64,000 nt of DNA from Octopus sinensis (taxonomy: Eukaryota). The notes beneath the pieces were generated by a model. That model did not search any database. It worked only from the letters and a program-made list of their open reading frames with translations, and had not been told where the DNA came from. Positions 10,855 through 24,410 of this stretch are shown here, piece after piece. Position 1 is the first letter of the stretch, and the number at the start of each line of letters is the position of its first letter. Where the stretch lies: contig NC_042999.1 of assembly GCF_006345805.1 (NCBI RefSeq), positions 95,790,001 through 95,854,000 on the forward strand. The letters are read 5' to 3'. Position numbers and translations under genes: made by a program.

Positions 10855-13800
10855 ATATATATGTATGTACGTATGTATGTATGTATATATACATTCAATT
10901 TGAATTATGATCTGAAATCTAAGATCTTTCTTACCCCGATGACAGAGGCTCGATAAATCTAATGTTGACTGTTTCCATTATGGCAGCATATTGTGATGAA
11001 CTACATCTACCAGCATTATGATGGATTTCCAAGCCCCCAGAAAGGCTGTTGGATTTATAACACCTTTTTTCCTCCCCTTTAATTTTCTCTGTCATTTGTA
11101 CTCTTGGATTTATTAATATAAATATCTGTATATTCATACTTTAAATATTCATTGTCTGGAAGTCTCCACTTTTTGTTTCCCTCATTTTGCATGTATGCAT
11201 ATTTATATATTTTGTGTTTTATGTATTTTGTATATTTTGTATTTCTAATTTGTTTATCCGCATAATTGCATCCATATTGACTCAATGTAATCCCTCTTAT
11301 AGCCATTCTTTCTTTACTCCGTGGAATTTACCCCCTGTAAAGACATCAGAGTCTAAGTGGAATCATTAAGCACTACTAAGTGTCTTCTATACTGAAAATC
11401 TCTGGAGCTCATCCTGTTGACTCTGTGTGTGTGTGTGTGTGTTTGTGTATAAAGTATTCTTTTACTTGTTCACTTAGATTGTAGCAATACTGGAGTACTG
11501 CTTTGAAAAATTTAACCGATTAAGTCAATTCAAATTCTTTAACATTTCAATGTAAAAATTTTGTATTTCCATATGGGAATTCAGAATCTAAAGCAGATTA
11601 TGTAATTTCCATTAATTTTGATATTTGTTACAATATAGTTTCAGACAGGTCATCTTAATGCATTGATTGCTATAATATATATTCATATAGGATAAGTGCA
11701 GAATTATTGTCAAATCTCTACTCTTTATTCACAATATTTTTGTTGAATATCACTTTTGCTTTTCACAATCTCCTTGATCTCTTCAGTTTTGTATATGATC
11801 ATTAACTAACTGTTTTCAGCATTTTTATTTACTTCACTGCCAGGTGTTGTGATATTTGTAACTATAATATTAATTCTTATTAGACTTAGAGTTTCACAGT
11901 ATTGATTACATGCATTTTTTTACTTACCCAGAAAAATGTTCTCTACTTTATGAGTGATTAGCTATTCATTGAACACTCAGATCTGAATTAGATTTAATTG
12001 CAATTATTAATGTATCTAAGTTAATTAATTGCTCCACACATATTTCTTTCAATAATTTGATAATAGAAATTTTCTAGAGCCAATCAAAATCATGTGACTG
12101 GTTTTTTCCCCCTAGTTTCAACTATAGTAGTCATATGCATGCTTTCTATCACAAGAAATTCTTATCAATTCTTAATGGCACTTATTTTATTGGTTTCAGA
12201 GAATTGAAATAGCTATAATCAAGATTAAGTGAACAGAATGCTGAAGAATCAAATTTTAATATTTGAGATTCAAGTTTAATTCTTTACTGTTCTTTGATAT
12301 GAAGTATTCTCTTCATATTTCAAATAAGCAAGATATGAATTTTGATTATATTAACTACATCAACACCTTGTGGCTTAGGAGAAGAAACTAGTTGTCATAC
12401 AGATTGTGCAGAAATTAGATTTTTAGCATGGTGTGCATTGTTACAATTTACAGTCTGTTCAAAGTTGCTCTGTGTTCAAGTCTGTATACTATTAGGTACC
12501 ATATTGTTTCATATAATGAAGGTTAAAACACAGAACATCAGCAAAAATCTAATCAATACATTATTACTCTAAGGCATAATCTCAGTAATACATGCAAATA
12601 ATTATGTTTCGTAATTTTTAAATTTTACATCTCTCTTTCCTCTCTTGTCTTTTAGATATTTTTATTTATTATTAGGATAATTCTTAACAACAGTGATGTA
12701 AATTATTTTAGTGGTGATAGTACTAGTAATACTTTTCATACCATATTAAAAAAGTATCAAATTTATAAGGAATGTTTCTCAGGAACATTGCTATACCATG
12801 TCTCCATAATTCCCTTCTTATAATAGAACCCGCTGTCTCATTCTCTCTCTCCCCCCCTCTCTTTCTCCCCCTCCCCCCTCTCCACACAGACACATATATA
12901 GTCATGTATCATGAAAATTACATTGATAGATAAATGAAATTGTGTTGCTTATACTGATGAGAATTAAAGCTAGTATGTAGACAATTCTCTTAGAATTTGC
13001 AGTTCAGCACTATACTCATCTTAATTATGATAATAGTGGTTTCTGACAAACACAAGAAGATACAGATATCTTATTCCTGAGGAATGGGAATTGGTAACTT
13101 TGATTCTGTTTCAAACATCTTTTGAAGTGTAAATGGATACAATTGGCAGTAATAAGCAAGTCATTGATTCGATTTACTGACAACTTAATACAAACCACTA
13201 ATACAATTAAATTAGTAATAATAATACGTTTAATAAAACTTCTGTTATGTGTCTATACTGTGTATGAATTGCTTTAGTGTTGTTAATTGTGTCCACTGAA
13301 ATTAGGATGAATTTTCGAATGTAATGAATAGGACAAAATAGGCAATATTCAAGAGACCATGATGGAAGTTGATTATGTTTCTTTATTATTAGAAGTGCAG
13401 ATACATTTAATGGGGAAAACACTAGTATATTACTCAAATGTTGTCGTTATTGATTTCTGCAATGAGATTTGAATGTGAATAATTGCTGCATGCATGTTTG
13501 CTTGGAGGAGGTTCAAAATGCTTCCAAAGGGAAATACAAAAATATGGATTCCTGCAATATTGATTCCTACAGTAAAATTTGAAGGTTAATAATTCTTGTA
13601 TGCTCATCAGTAGAAAGATATACTTGGAGGATGTTTAAAATATTTCCAGAGGGAAATATGAAAATGTAGGTAGAACATTTGAGGCCTTAAAGGCTTTAAA
13701 ATATGCAAAATGAGGACATTTTAGAATGTATCTAGATTTTCCTAGTAAGGAAATTTACACTTTGTTAGAATTTTGAAGTATGCATTAAACTCTTTTAAAA

Positions 13801-15289
13801 AGTTAACTATATATTAATAAACACACACAGAAAAAGAAAGAAGTAACAGTGAGAGAGAATAGTTTATATTATTCTCAGCATAGATGATGTAATCTCAGCA
13901 TAGGTTACATCCATATAGTCTTTTCTTATTCATGGCTTCTTTCCTGAAATTTACAAAATCCATCCAAAACACGCACCTGTCTCCTTTCATTTGGTATATC
14001 TTTGTGTAGTGAAAACTGAAATTATTTTGCAGTTTGAATTATTAAAATTCCATCTCTGTTGTATGTTATCTCCTACTGCACAACCACAGTAGTTCAAATT
14101 ATGCAGCAACATTAAACTTATCCATTCGGTTTGATCTGCTAGTGTGTGAGTGATTAACTGTTTCCCTACCAATCTCTTTAAAACTAATAAGCATAGAAAG
14201 AAAAATGAAATGACAGAAGTTCGTCCCAGTGGATTATTAAATTGTCCATTATACTATAGATATTTCTACAGTTCATTAACATAACTTTAATATTATTGTG
14301 ATATGTTTATTTCTTGCCCTCTATCATGTTTTGAGGTTAGGATTCAACACAATAATCTAAATTCTTTTGCTGCTCACTAAATTTTGGAGGAAATATATAT
14401 AATTTTTTTTATTGAAATATGATAATTGGATTTATTGCCTTTCATAAGCAAATAAAGTAATGAAAAAACACCATTGACTGATCACATAAGTATGTTAAAC
14501 TACAAACTCATCTGAGTTTCTACCTCAAATGTATATTTTCCCAATCTTTTATCAGTTATATAAGATGTAAGAATGATGCAAGTTTTGAACAATTTCATTT
14601 CTTTGGAATTTTTTATGTCATAGAGTTCTTAATATCCCTGCAACTGTTTTCATTTTTGCTCTTGAAGTTGATTTCATTTCGAGGGCTATAGCCAGGCTGA
14701 GGCAAATGAGGCAGTTACCTCCTCTGATCTTCATAAACTGATGATAAAAGTGAACCTAGTTTTGAAAATCATGGGATGTTAAAATATTTGTTTTTGTGTT
14801 ATTTTGATTTTATCAAGGAGTTGATAAATAATAATGACTTTAGATAGTAAATTTAGGTTTAGGCTAATATAATGAATGATTTTCCCAGTGGTAGTTAAAG
14901 CACGGAAAGTGATTACTTATTGAATGTTCTCTCACTCCCTGACCCCAAGTATTTTGGCCTTCTGGCTGTGGGCTATATTTAGGCATGACTGTCTGCCTAC
15001 CTAGGAATTCCTGCCATTGCTCAGAGCTATTTTTGAATACCTGTGAGATCACACTCCTCATAGTAGGGTGAGGAAGGAAGAGAGGTTTTAGATTGGTAAC
15101 TGGTGTATTTATTGCAACCATTTGCTCAACATCACACTTAAAAGATGTATATTTGGAAGGATCCTACTTGTAAACATGCAAAAATAAGCAATTATTTCAA
15201 ACAAATACCATCAAACATGTAAGTATCCTTAATATACCGAAAAAGGGTAAAACAAATTGTTTCCTGTAAAACCTGAACTGTTCCTCCTC

Positions 15290-15560
15290 TGTGGCCTTTT
15301 GTCAGCAGAGCTTATGGCTTACTAACCCATCCATCATCTGTTTGTTCATCAACTTATTCTACAAATGACTTCTTTCAAACTGTTGGCCCAACTGGGAGCA
15401 GATTTTCATGATAGTGTCTGGCTTGGTCCTCTATCAAGTTTGTTTAACATGTGCTGATTCAGCAATTGCTTATCATTCTTTGAACAAATTACTTAATCAT
15501 CTCTGAAATTATTGGACCTAATGTCAGAAAAATTTTTGGGGGTGTTCCTTGGGTAGTCCC
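15290..15560 (+). mobile_element. Possible degenerate Helentron-associated (HINE/DINE-like) molluscan repeat
   Basis: TCCATCATCTG microsatellite-like head followed by two diverged internal units (AAACTGTTGGCCCAACTG... and GAAATTATTGGACCTAATG...GTTCCTTGGGTAGTCCCC). Recalled resemblance only. Confidence 0.35.
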
Positions 15561-16154
15561 CTACAAAGTTAATTGATATTTTATTAATTGGATGATTTAT
15601 ATTTAACAGAAAGTCTATTTAATAGAGAATACATAAGGACTTTTCATTTTCTATGTTTTCCATATTTCCCTGTCAGAATCATCAATTACAAAGATGGGAT
15701 CTCTTCAGTTTCACCCACAGATTTTTTAAATTATTTTTTTAACTAAACAGTTTGAAACTTCGTATACTGGTTTAATTTCTCATGTTGAACACTGTTTACT
15801 TTCAACATTTTTGACAAAATTTCGTATTTTAGAAGTTATTTCATGTTAAATCGCCCAATTTCTTTTTTCTTGTATAAAGCAATGGATGGAAGCATTTAAA
15901 AACAATTAAATTCATAGAAGCAAACAAAATCAAAAATATTAATTTTAATCATAATGATGGAGAGGAGTAAACATTTTTGAATCTAGATAGTTTGAATCAC
16001 AAAATCAGCCCCTTTTAATTTTGCTCAGATTGTTTCCAAATTTGGGCTATGGATGGAGTTGGGAATTTTGATTACACTCAACCAATTACTTTATCTCATA
16101 AATTAAAGAATTTGATGTTATTTGGAATTAAAGTTGGAAAATTTGTGTAATTTT

Positions 16155-16202
16155 AGCCAATCAACAGACAGTGAGGCATTAACAGCTAGTTACCATAGCA
16201 AC
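16155..16202. promoter_or_regulatory. CCAAT box plus palindromic RFX X-box
   Basis: AGCCAATCA at 16155-16163 and GTTACCATAGCAAC at 16189-16202 (fits GTTRCCATRGYAAC). TATATAAA lies at 16283-16290. Function not shown. Confidence 0.4.
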
Positions 16203-16384
16203 ATATGACTCGCTGTGCTGAGTCTTCTCATCTGCATGCAGTTTCTCTTTACATGTTTCGATTTTAATATTTTTGTGCAGACTATATAAATCGTCCGTTA
16301 CCTGTGCTTATATCAATTAGAAATTAAATTTAGGTATTTTTCATAAATTTCTGTAGTATTTTACAGCAAGACTTCCTTTTGTAC

Positions 16385-16770
16385 CCCACCAAAACCCCCC
16401 TTTTTATTTATTTAAAAAAAATTTTTCTACACAAACCTCCATTTTCGGCTATGGAGAATACAAATCTACAAAAAAATTGGCAAAAATCTGCATATTGAAA
16501 TTACCCCTCCCCTCCACTAATTTCTTCATTTTTTTACATTTATCAGAAATTTTTTTTAAAAAATATGCGGAAAAATACAGAGATTATGATTCTGAAAAAA
16601 TTTCTAAAAATTTCTGTAGTTAGGATTAGGGTTATGGTTAGGGTTAGGGAAAAAAGTAAAAAAAAAAATGAAGAAATTGGTGGGGTGAAGGTGGCGAAAT
16701 TTCAAAATGCTGATTTTTGACAACGTTCTGAAATTGCCGTATTTGAAAATGGGGGTTTTTGGAAAAAAAA
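16385..16770. repeat. Foldback (inverted-arm) element with a central telomere-type (TTAGGG)n tract
   Basis: The arm at about 16480-16540 (CAAAAATCTGCATATTGAAATT..CCACTAATTTCTTCATTTTTTTAC) is the reverse complement of about 16657-16720. There is an outer pair CCAAAACCCCCC / GGGGGTTTTTGG. TTAGGA-TTAGGG-TTATGG-TTAGGG-TTAGGG lies at 16620-16649. Confidence 0.75.
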
Positions 16771-16971
16771 AATTGGGAGGAATAGGAGGAGGATGGGAGA
16801 AAGTCTTTCCTATTTTACATATATTTTATGAAGTTTTTTTGTGTTTGTTTACTTTTTGCTTGTTGGTAAGAGCCTAGAATGGCTGCATCCAGGTCATTTT
16901 GAAAACAGTGGTGGACGCTACATATTATTTTGAAAAAAATTAGGATGTTATCCCTACAAAAAAAGTGTAAT

Positions 16972-18089
16972 AAATCTAGGCACAATATAAATAAGAAAGT
17001 GGTTCATGGGAATTTGTATTGGCAGTGCACTCACAATGGGTGTAATGAATGTTTGTCAGTAAGGACAAGAAGAGAAAAAGAAAACTGTTGGATGTTTCGC
17101 TTGCATTCAACATATCTGACCAACAAACCTGTCACAAGCCACTTTTTTTCACAGAAAAGAAAGTGGGAGGGCGGTGTGGAACCTCAAAGTTTTCCAGAAC
17201 CCAGAAAAGGCAAGATTTGGCTACTATTTCTCACAAGCCCTGATACCACATAACAGCTATTTATGATAAAGGACCTGCTGTTATCACAAATAGCTGCTAA
17301 TGCGGGTGCACTTGTAAACATTTACCTAAACACATACAGACAAAATCATGACTTCATAAGGTATTCATCTTTATTTAGAAGCCTAGAATGAACAGGTCAT
17401 ACAGGGTACAACCTTAAAGTTGACACCATTTGCTACAATGAACGTTTATTATTGGCTAAAAATAGACAGCATATCTATTTTTAAACATCTGTAAATCTAG
17501 GCACAATATAACTAAGAAAGTGGTTCATGGGAATTTGTATTGGCAGTGCACTCACAATGGGTGTAATGAATGTTTGTCAGTAAGGACAAGAAGAGAAAAA
17601 GAAAACTGTTGGATGTTTCGCTTGCATTCAACATATCTGACCAACAACCTGTCACAAGCCACTTTTTTTCACAGAAAAGAAAGTGGGAGGGCGGTGTGGA
17701 ACCTCAAAGTTTTCCAGAACCCAGAAAAGGCAAGATTTGGCTACTATTTCTCACAAGCCCTGATACCACATAACAGCTATTTATGATAAAGGACCTGCTG
17801 TTATCACAAATAGCTGCTAATGCGGGTGCACTTGTAAACATTTACCTAAACACATACAGACAAAATCATGACTTCATAAGGTATTCATCTTTATTTAGAA
17901 GCCTAGAATGAACAGGTCATACAGGGTACAACCTTAAAGTTGACACCATTTGCTACAATGAACGTTTATTATTGGCTAAAAATAGACAGCATATCTATTT
18001 TTAAACATCTGTAAATCTAGGCACAATATAACTAAGAAAGTGGTTCATGGGAATTTGTATGGCGGTGCACTCACAATGGATGTAATGAA
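16972..18089 (+). repeat. Tandem duplication, unit about 520 bp (2 full copies plus a partial of about 76 bp)
   Basis: AAATCTAGGCAC starts at 16972, 17493 and 18013. Units 1 and 2 differ by only 1 substitution and 1 indel by eye. Confidence 0.95.
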
Positions 18090-18779
18090 TACAAGAAATG
18101 TGTCAAGTTCAACAGGAAACTGTATTTCCTATGGCTAAATAACAGTAGCATTCTTTCCTTTTATGGGACTGTCATATTAAGTTGACAACATACTATCTCT
18201 TTATCATGCTGCAACTGCATAAATCTCTCTCTCAGAGATTTAGAACTATATTATTTCTATTTTCAAAAATCAGTGAATGTATTTCACTTGAAATATATAT
18301 GTTTTCAAAGGCGAATAGGCATTGACAGCTAGCAACCCACTATTTTTATTGTTTTTTGGGAGGAGTCTAGCCGAATTTTTTTGCGAAGCCACCATTGTTG
18401 GGTGGTAGTGAAACAATTGAAAAAAATGAAGAGATCTGTGGAAGCTACTGGAGGTTGAGATGCTATAGACTCACGGGTGCTGAAGCCAGAGAAGATGGAG
18501 TGGAATGAAGAAAAGATAACTAAATATTGTGAGAAGGTAAAGAAAGAAGGGTCAAACATAAAAAGACCCTACCAGAGGAGGAAAAAAGAAAAATGGAAAG
18601 CAAGACAGTAACATTCAGAACATTTTTGAATGAAAATGGGAGAATAGAACACATACCACAGGAAGAGATAGAGGAAATGTTGGTGGTGAACATAGGAGAA
18701 AAGATAACAATTTTACAAGAGGAAGAAGATACAGAACTATAGTAGTAGCCTTTCTTTTCAGAAGGGTGGAGGTGGTACA

Positions 18780-19150
18780 GCTGTTTATTGTGTCTACCAC
18801 CTGACTGTTGACCGTTGCCCTGACTCATGGCTGAACAAGTTGGAGCAATTCCTCTTCTGTCTATTGTGGAAGGGAGAAAAATCACTTGTGAGGTGCTCTG
18901 TTTGCTGCCAGGAACCGCTAAATTGTGGGTTAGGGATGCCCTGGTTGATGATGTGCAGACATGTGTTGAGACTGAGGCATCTCTGGTGCTACCTGGAGGG
19001 TGATAAGGTGTGGAATCTGCTGGCAGAGGAATTTTTTCTGCGACCAGCCTCATTGGAGCGATTTAAACCCAGTTTCATTACAAGGCGAAACTGATTGAAT
19101 GGCAAAAGGAATGTTAGCAAGCACTCATGCATAAAAAAATGCTCTTCCTG
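18780..19150 (+). mobile_element. L1/Tx1-type LINE ORF2 fragment (post-RT region)
   Basis: YHLTVDRCPDSWLNKLEQFLFCLLWKGEKSLVRCSVCCQEPLNCGLGMPWLMMCRHVLRLRHL resembles the L1/Tx1 ...FLW.G....V...C.....GGLG.P segment. Confidence 0.6.
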
Positions 19151-20720
19151 GGTGACAACAGCTTATATGTCAGATTGTTGCACAAGTTCTAGCCATTTTG
19201 ATATGGGAAATTGGAAAGGTTTGAAATGATTTCATCAGTATTTACTTGTACCAAAGAGCACTCGTTTGATAGACAACATGTTGATCTCATAAGTGTTATG
19301 TGGTGGAAATAAACACAATTGCCAAACTTTCATTCATAAGACCATTTACTATTTCGTTTTGTTGCATTTCAATTTGTACATTTGTATCACCGATTGCATA
19401 CAAGCGCATATGTAAAACTGCATCCTTTATTTTTTAATCACCATCTGCTGATATCAAAATTAACATATTTTATAGTGGGGGCCATTTGTGATTCCAAGGG
19501 TGAAAAGGGGGCATTTGGCCAAAATGGGTTGAGAACCTTTGCCATATAATATACTAAATCAAATCTGCAAGCATAAATATATGCCTTTCTGACATACCCT
19601 CCCCTTCCCATCATTGGGACAATGCATAAAACTGTAATTGCTAACTTGGTTTGGTTTTTGTTGGTCTTTGCCTCCTCTAATATTTTAGTCTGGATACAGC
19701 CCTGCTTTCTATATGTTTCTATTTCTCTTAACCTCAGTTCATTTCAACTTCTCGTATTTCATTTTAAATCAGTACTGTCTGTTTATACTCATTGCAGACC
19801 AGTCATTATTTTTCACTTATTTTCAGATAGTGTCTGCTATTCTTTCTTTCACTAGCCCCATATAATTATGAAGGTAGTGATAGCAAAGACAACCATTTTC
19901 ATTTATTTTTCATTTTTTTCTTATCTCTTTCTGAATCTTTCTTCTATAAACAGATATCTGCCAGATGGCTTTTGACAACATTGCCATAACAATTTATCTA
20001 TTTATTTTCCATTCTAAAAGTCCAACAATTGCTAAAAATGTGAACTGGTGCTTTATCTAATAAGTTAAATCACTGGTTCTCAAAAATATTTGCTACATAT
20101 TAGCTCTTAAGATACTGTGAAAAGTTGTAAATGCATTATATATCTTTTTTTTTTATAATTCAATTTATCAACTATGTTGAAATCAACAGTGTAATCCTGT
20201 TCTTCTAACAATATAACATTAGTGTACATAATATTTTTATAATAAACTGTTTTCCTTTAGGTATGGTGTGATTATCATGATCTTCCTACTACAATGTAAA
20301 TAAAGAAAAGTTTGGGATCCACCAATTGCTGTATTTGTCTGTAAACTTGATTTTTATATCAAACTACCTTTGGCTCAAAACTTTAAACATACATGCACAA
20401 ACAGTGCTCAACCCCCCCCCATACACACACACACATACACTCCCTCTCTCTCTCTCTTACTAGAAAAGGATTTTACAACTTACTTGAGTTCAAGCATATT
20501 TTTTATGTATGTATGTATGTTTGTGTAATTATATAAGAAAATCTTTTGTGAGGATTTTGGTTGAAGATAGGGAAACTTTTAGATAATTTGTAAAGTTTGT
20601 TTAGTATAAAGATGTGAAATGTGTATTTTTATTGTATGTTTTGGTGATAGTTAATGGCTTAACTGGCTAAAACTTTAAAGTCACTGTCTACAATATTCTT
20701 GTTAAAGAATAAACTATATA

Positions 20721-21593
20721 CAGGGTGCAGTGGATTAACAGTTGTCTAAATTACGCAAAAATGAAAATAACAATGATATCTCATTTTAATAGATATATTT
20801 ACCAAAATTACATAAAAATATCTTGAAATACTAAAGAGTAAATTTACTCCATAAAATCGCCATTGGCTTCAACCACAGCCTCCAGACAACTTCAGAATCT
20901 TCTGCAGCTCTTCTGGATGGTATCCTTGTTTAAGTTGGTAAATGCTGCCTTAATCCTTGCCTTCAGTTTATCTTTTATGTTACAAGGAGTTTTGTTGGTC
21001 TCTCACTCAACATAATAATCAAGGGGGTTGCAGTCTGGGGAGTTAGGTGGCCAAATGTTAGGGGTGATGTCTGCAGAAATTGTCTGACAGCCATGACTGG
21101 GTTCTCCTGCTTGTGTGGCATGGTGTAGAGTCCTGTTGCTAGACATAGGGTCTTTCAGTAACCACCCTCTTGATCCAGTGCAGCACTACCTCCTCCAGGC
21201 ACTTGATGTAGGTTTCCATGTTGAGTCTGAGGCTGTGTGGGAAGATGAATGGAGACATAATGTCGCTATCATTAGTGATCACTCCAAACACCATGATGTT
21301 GACTGGATGTTTGATTTTTATCACTCTCAGCACATGTCCTCAAATTGCACTGTCCTCTGATTGACACTCAAACACTCTAAAATGTCTGTACTGGAGCTTC
21401 TGGCATGAATGCCAAGCAATACAGCATGTCATTTCTAAATCAATGGCAGAGTAAATTGTGTCATGGTGCTGATTTTCTCACAGATGGTGCCCAACTGACC
21501 CTACTATTCTGTGTAGTCAACAAAATCAAAACAAGCAATGCACATGCATGAAATAAAAAATATAAATGGTGACAATTTACCCATCCCACCCCA
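20721..21593 (-). mobile_element. Internally deleted Tc1/mariner DD37D (maT-type) element
   Basis: TA-flanked end CAGGGTGCAGTGG at 20721 and a degenerate TIR at 21593. Transposase piece IKHPVNIMVFGVITNDSDIMSPFIFP...YIKCLEEVVL (ORF 21139..21333). Homologous to 33924-34749. Confidence 0.85.
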
Positions 21594-21604
21594 TAATATG
21601 TGTT

Positions 21605-21645
<41 letters not shown>

Positions 21646-22827
21646 TATATATATACAGTTAATGCTAACACATTGAGCTACTTTCTTATCACTGATACTT
21701 TAAACCAGAAGTCACCAAGAGAAGGTATCAAACTCTTTGAGTGATTTTTCCTAAACTACAAAGTAATCCAGTCCACAGGTCACTATCTTCACCCCGTCAT
21801 ATCTGCTCTAGAGCCAGTAAGTGTTTCTTTCCATTAACTCCTAACCTGTGAACTGCTGTCTTCCTCTCACTCCTGCTATTACCAGAGCTGTAAATATATT
21901 CCACATGGATTGTTTTGGGAATCTCCTGCAGCCAACCTCCGCTGCAAACAACCAGACCTTCTACTCTTGGCTAAGAACATTTTTGTGTTTCTTTTCTTGA
22001 TTTCATCACTCCAGTGATATTGTAAGAATATGGTGTTGCTTCTTTGGCAATTCTAAAAACCAGTTTTTCAGAAATGTCGGCCATAAAAATCCCTGACCAT
22101 TTAAAAAATCTTTTCAATGTTGTTTCTTACCTTGTAAATTAACATTCATGATTAACATGCAAGAACTCTTTAAACTGAAGTACTTTAACTTTTCTATTAC
22201 CAGAATTGCAACCTATATAAAATTGTCTCAGGATGATTTTTTTCTCTCTATAGAACTACCTATATCTTTATCTTATTGTATTATTGTGTCAATCACTATC
22301 TTTCTATCTGAATTTTAAATAGAGAAAATTTGCAGGAAATCATTTTTTCTTTATTTTCATATCCTATATGTAGCAAGAATTTCTAAACAGACAATATTCA
22401 ATTTTAGCATATTTATTATTTTGAAATGCACTGTTAGGTAACGTTTCATTCAATTGAAATTTATCTTACACATCAGTAATTTATCCTACATACACCATAT
22501 TTACTCACTGAAATACTAAGGAAGATATAACAAGACATGTACTCTCTCAGGTATTTGAGGTGTGAATTGTTAATTCTATCCAAAAGTGCATCTAAATATA
22601 GCATACACAGTATTTTCTCTTCTTAATAATCTCTGTAAAATTTATTACCATAGTTACAGAAAAATATATATTCTCAGGATAGCTAAAGCCTAAATGATAT
22701 GCTATTACAGTCTAATTAGTAAAGTACTGAGTTCTGATAAGAATGAGAATAATTTTGTTTGCTTTCTCTGAAAATATATTTGTTCCTGTTAAATAGCAAA
22801 GAGGAAAAGTGTTATAATAATCTAAGT

Positions 22828-23054
22828 CAGTGTTTCTCAAGCATTTTTTGCCTGTGGACCCCTTTGATTCCTATTTTATTCTGCTAGACCTCCACAGCCA
22901 TTCACTGTATATAAAAAAAATCCTATCATATTTTAAAAATTAGAAGTTGTATAAAAAAGATTTAACTGTTTTGTGTATTGTAGACATATAACCAATTTAT
23001 TGCTCATAAATTTTAACAGCAAAATCTTGTATGGACCCCAGTCAAGAACCACTG
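22828..23054. mobile_element. hAT-family MITE (227 bp) with a perfect 8-bp TSD
   Basis: Ends CAGTGTTTCTCAA ... TCAAGAACCACTG (10/13 inverted match). TSD ATCTAAGT at 22820-22827 and 23055-23062. Confidence 0.9.
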
Positions 23055-24275
23055 ATCTAAGTGCTTCACTGCTTTCATTTCTAGCTTAGTATAAACAATA
23101 CTTTTGAGTTTAAGAATTTGGAATGTTCTTAATACCGATTTTTATGCAGATACTTAAAATTTAATTATCAAATACAAAATCCTTTGAAAAATTATATGTT
23201 AAGATTTAAAATTATAATACACTAAAATGCATTGTCATATACCTAAGACTAGTTTATTCTATACATATGGGCACCTGCAGAATATAGAAATGATTATTAA
23301 TATTATTTATTGAAAGATGGTTTTAAGATGAATAAATTTTTTCGTATTCTTCTACCCATTAACTCCAAGGCTTTTTGCTTAATTTGAATATACAAAACTA
23401 TAATCTAAAAACGTCTTATACTTTTCAAATATCTCTTATTATAATTGCTATCCAACAATACCCTTAATATTCTCATGATTTTCAAAGATCTATTAATGAA
23501 ATAAATTGTGTTATAATTTAGTTAGGTCTTCTTATGTGTTTATAAACTATCTATTTTTATTATAGTCTGCATGTGAACAATGCACAATATTAGCTTTTGC
23601 ACATTGTTTTATTGCTTTACTAATAAACTTTTGTGGAATTTTAATTTATCTTGCAAAATATAATAACCTCTTTTGTTAGTAACATGCAACCAAGCAGCTG
23701 GATCAATGTGTACTATTTTAACTCCAGTTCATGTTATTCACAGGGCTTCGTTTTCACCAGTAGGCAGACGAGAACTAGTTTTCTAATAATTTTTTGCTCT
23801 GGAACATTTTAGTCTGTTTCTTTTCCATAAGATAAGTGATTTTTGTACTTGAATGGTTTGGAAGTATTGTGAGCTAATAAAATGAAAGTCATAGATGTTA
23901 GATATATGTTATCTGAAAATCATGATGCTTCTATTAAAACTGGTTTTAATGTACTGTATTTAATGATATATAAAGCACTTCTTTTCTAAAAATATGCCTC
24001 AAAAGTCACTCCAGGTCTTATATGTGAAGTTGAACCTATACTACATGCACCATAAGTTTATGCCTAAAATTGGGACATGTCTAATATATATGTACATCTT
24101 TTATGCTATCAAACATGATAAATTTTCATGCACTAGGTTAGGCCACATGGACTGGAGAACTTATTTGATGAAACAATTTGTTACATTGAAGTTATTTTTA
24201 TCTGTATAATTGTGAAGAATAGTTAATGGAATCTATCTGTAGAACACTGGACAAAATACTTAACAGTATTTAATT

Positions 24276-24410
24276 AAATCCCTCCAGAGTCAACTTTGTC
24301 TTTGACTTTTACATGATTGATAAAATAAGCTACTTACTGGAGTTAGTTTAATTGACTGTACCTTATCCCCATCATTTGTCGCCTTGTATTAGTAACAGAA
24401 ATCAATAATT
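24276..24410 (+). mobile_element. Degenerate 3' part of the octopus-type tRNA SINE
   Basis: GAGTCAACTTTGTCTTT...GATAAAATAAG..TACTGG matches 38311-38487. Confidence 0.55.

Noticed and set aside
10931-11137. Minus-strand ORF ending at a GG|GTAAG donor-like site
   Set aside because: There is no convincing acceptor, the peptide is unrecognisable, and no other minus-strand exons were found.
16930-17786. Possible piggyBac-like transposase remnant in the 520-bp unit (YW..SVRTRR, WEGG..P.KARFG)
   Set aside because: The similarity needs several frameshifts and I found no TTAA-flanked termini. It would need an HMM or TBLASTN search to support.
18370-18420. GCGAAG-CCCACC..GGTGG-TAGTGAAAC hammerhead-like hairpin
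   Set aside because: The CUGANGA core is not intact and stems I and III cannot be formed.
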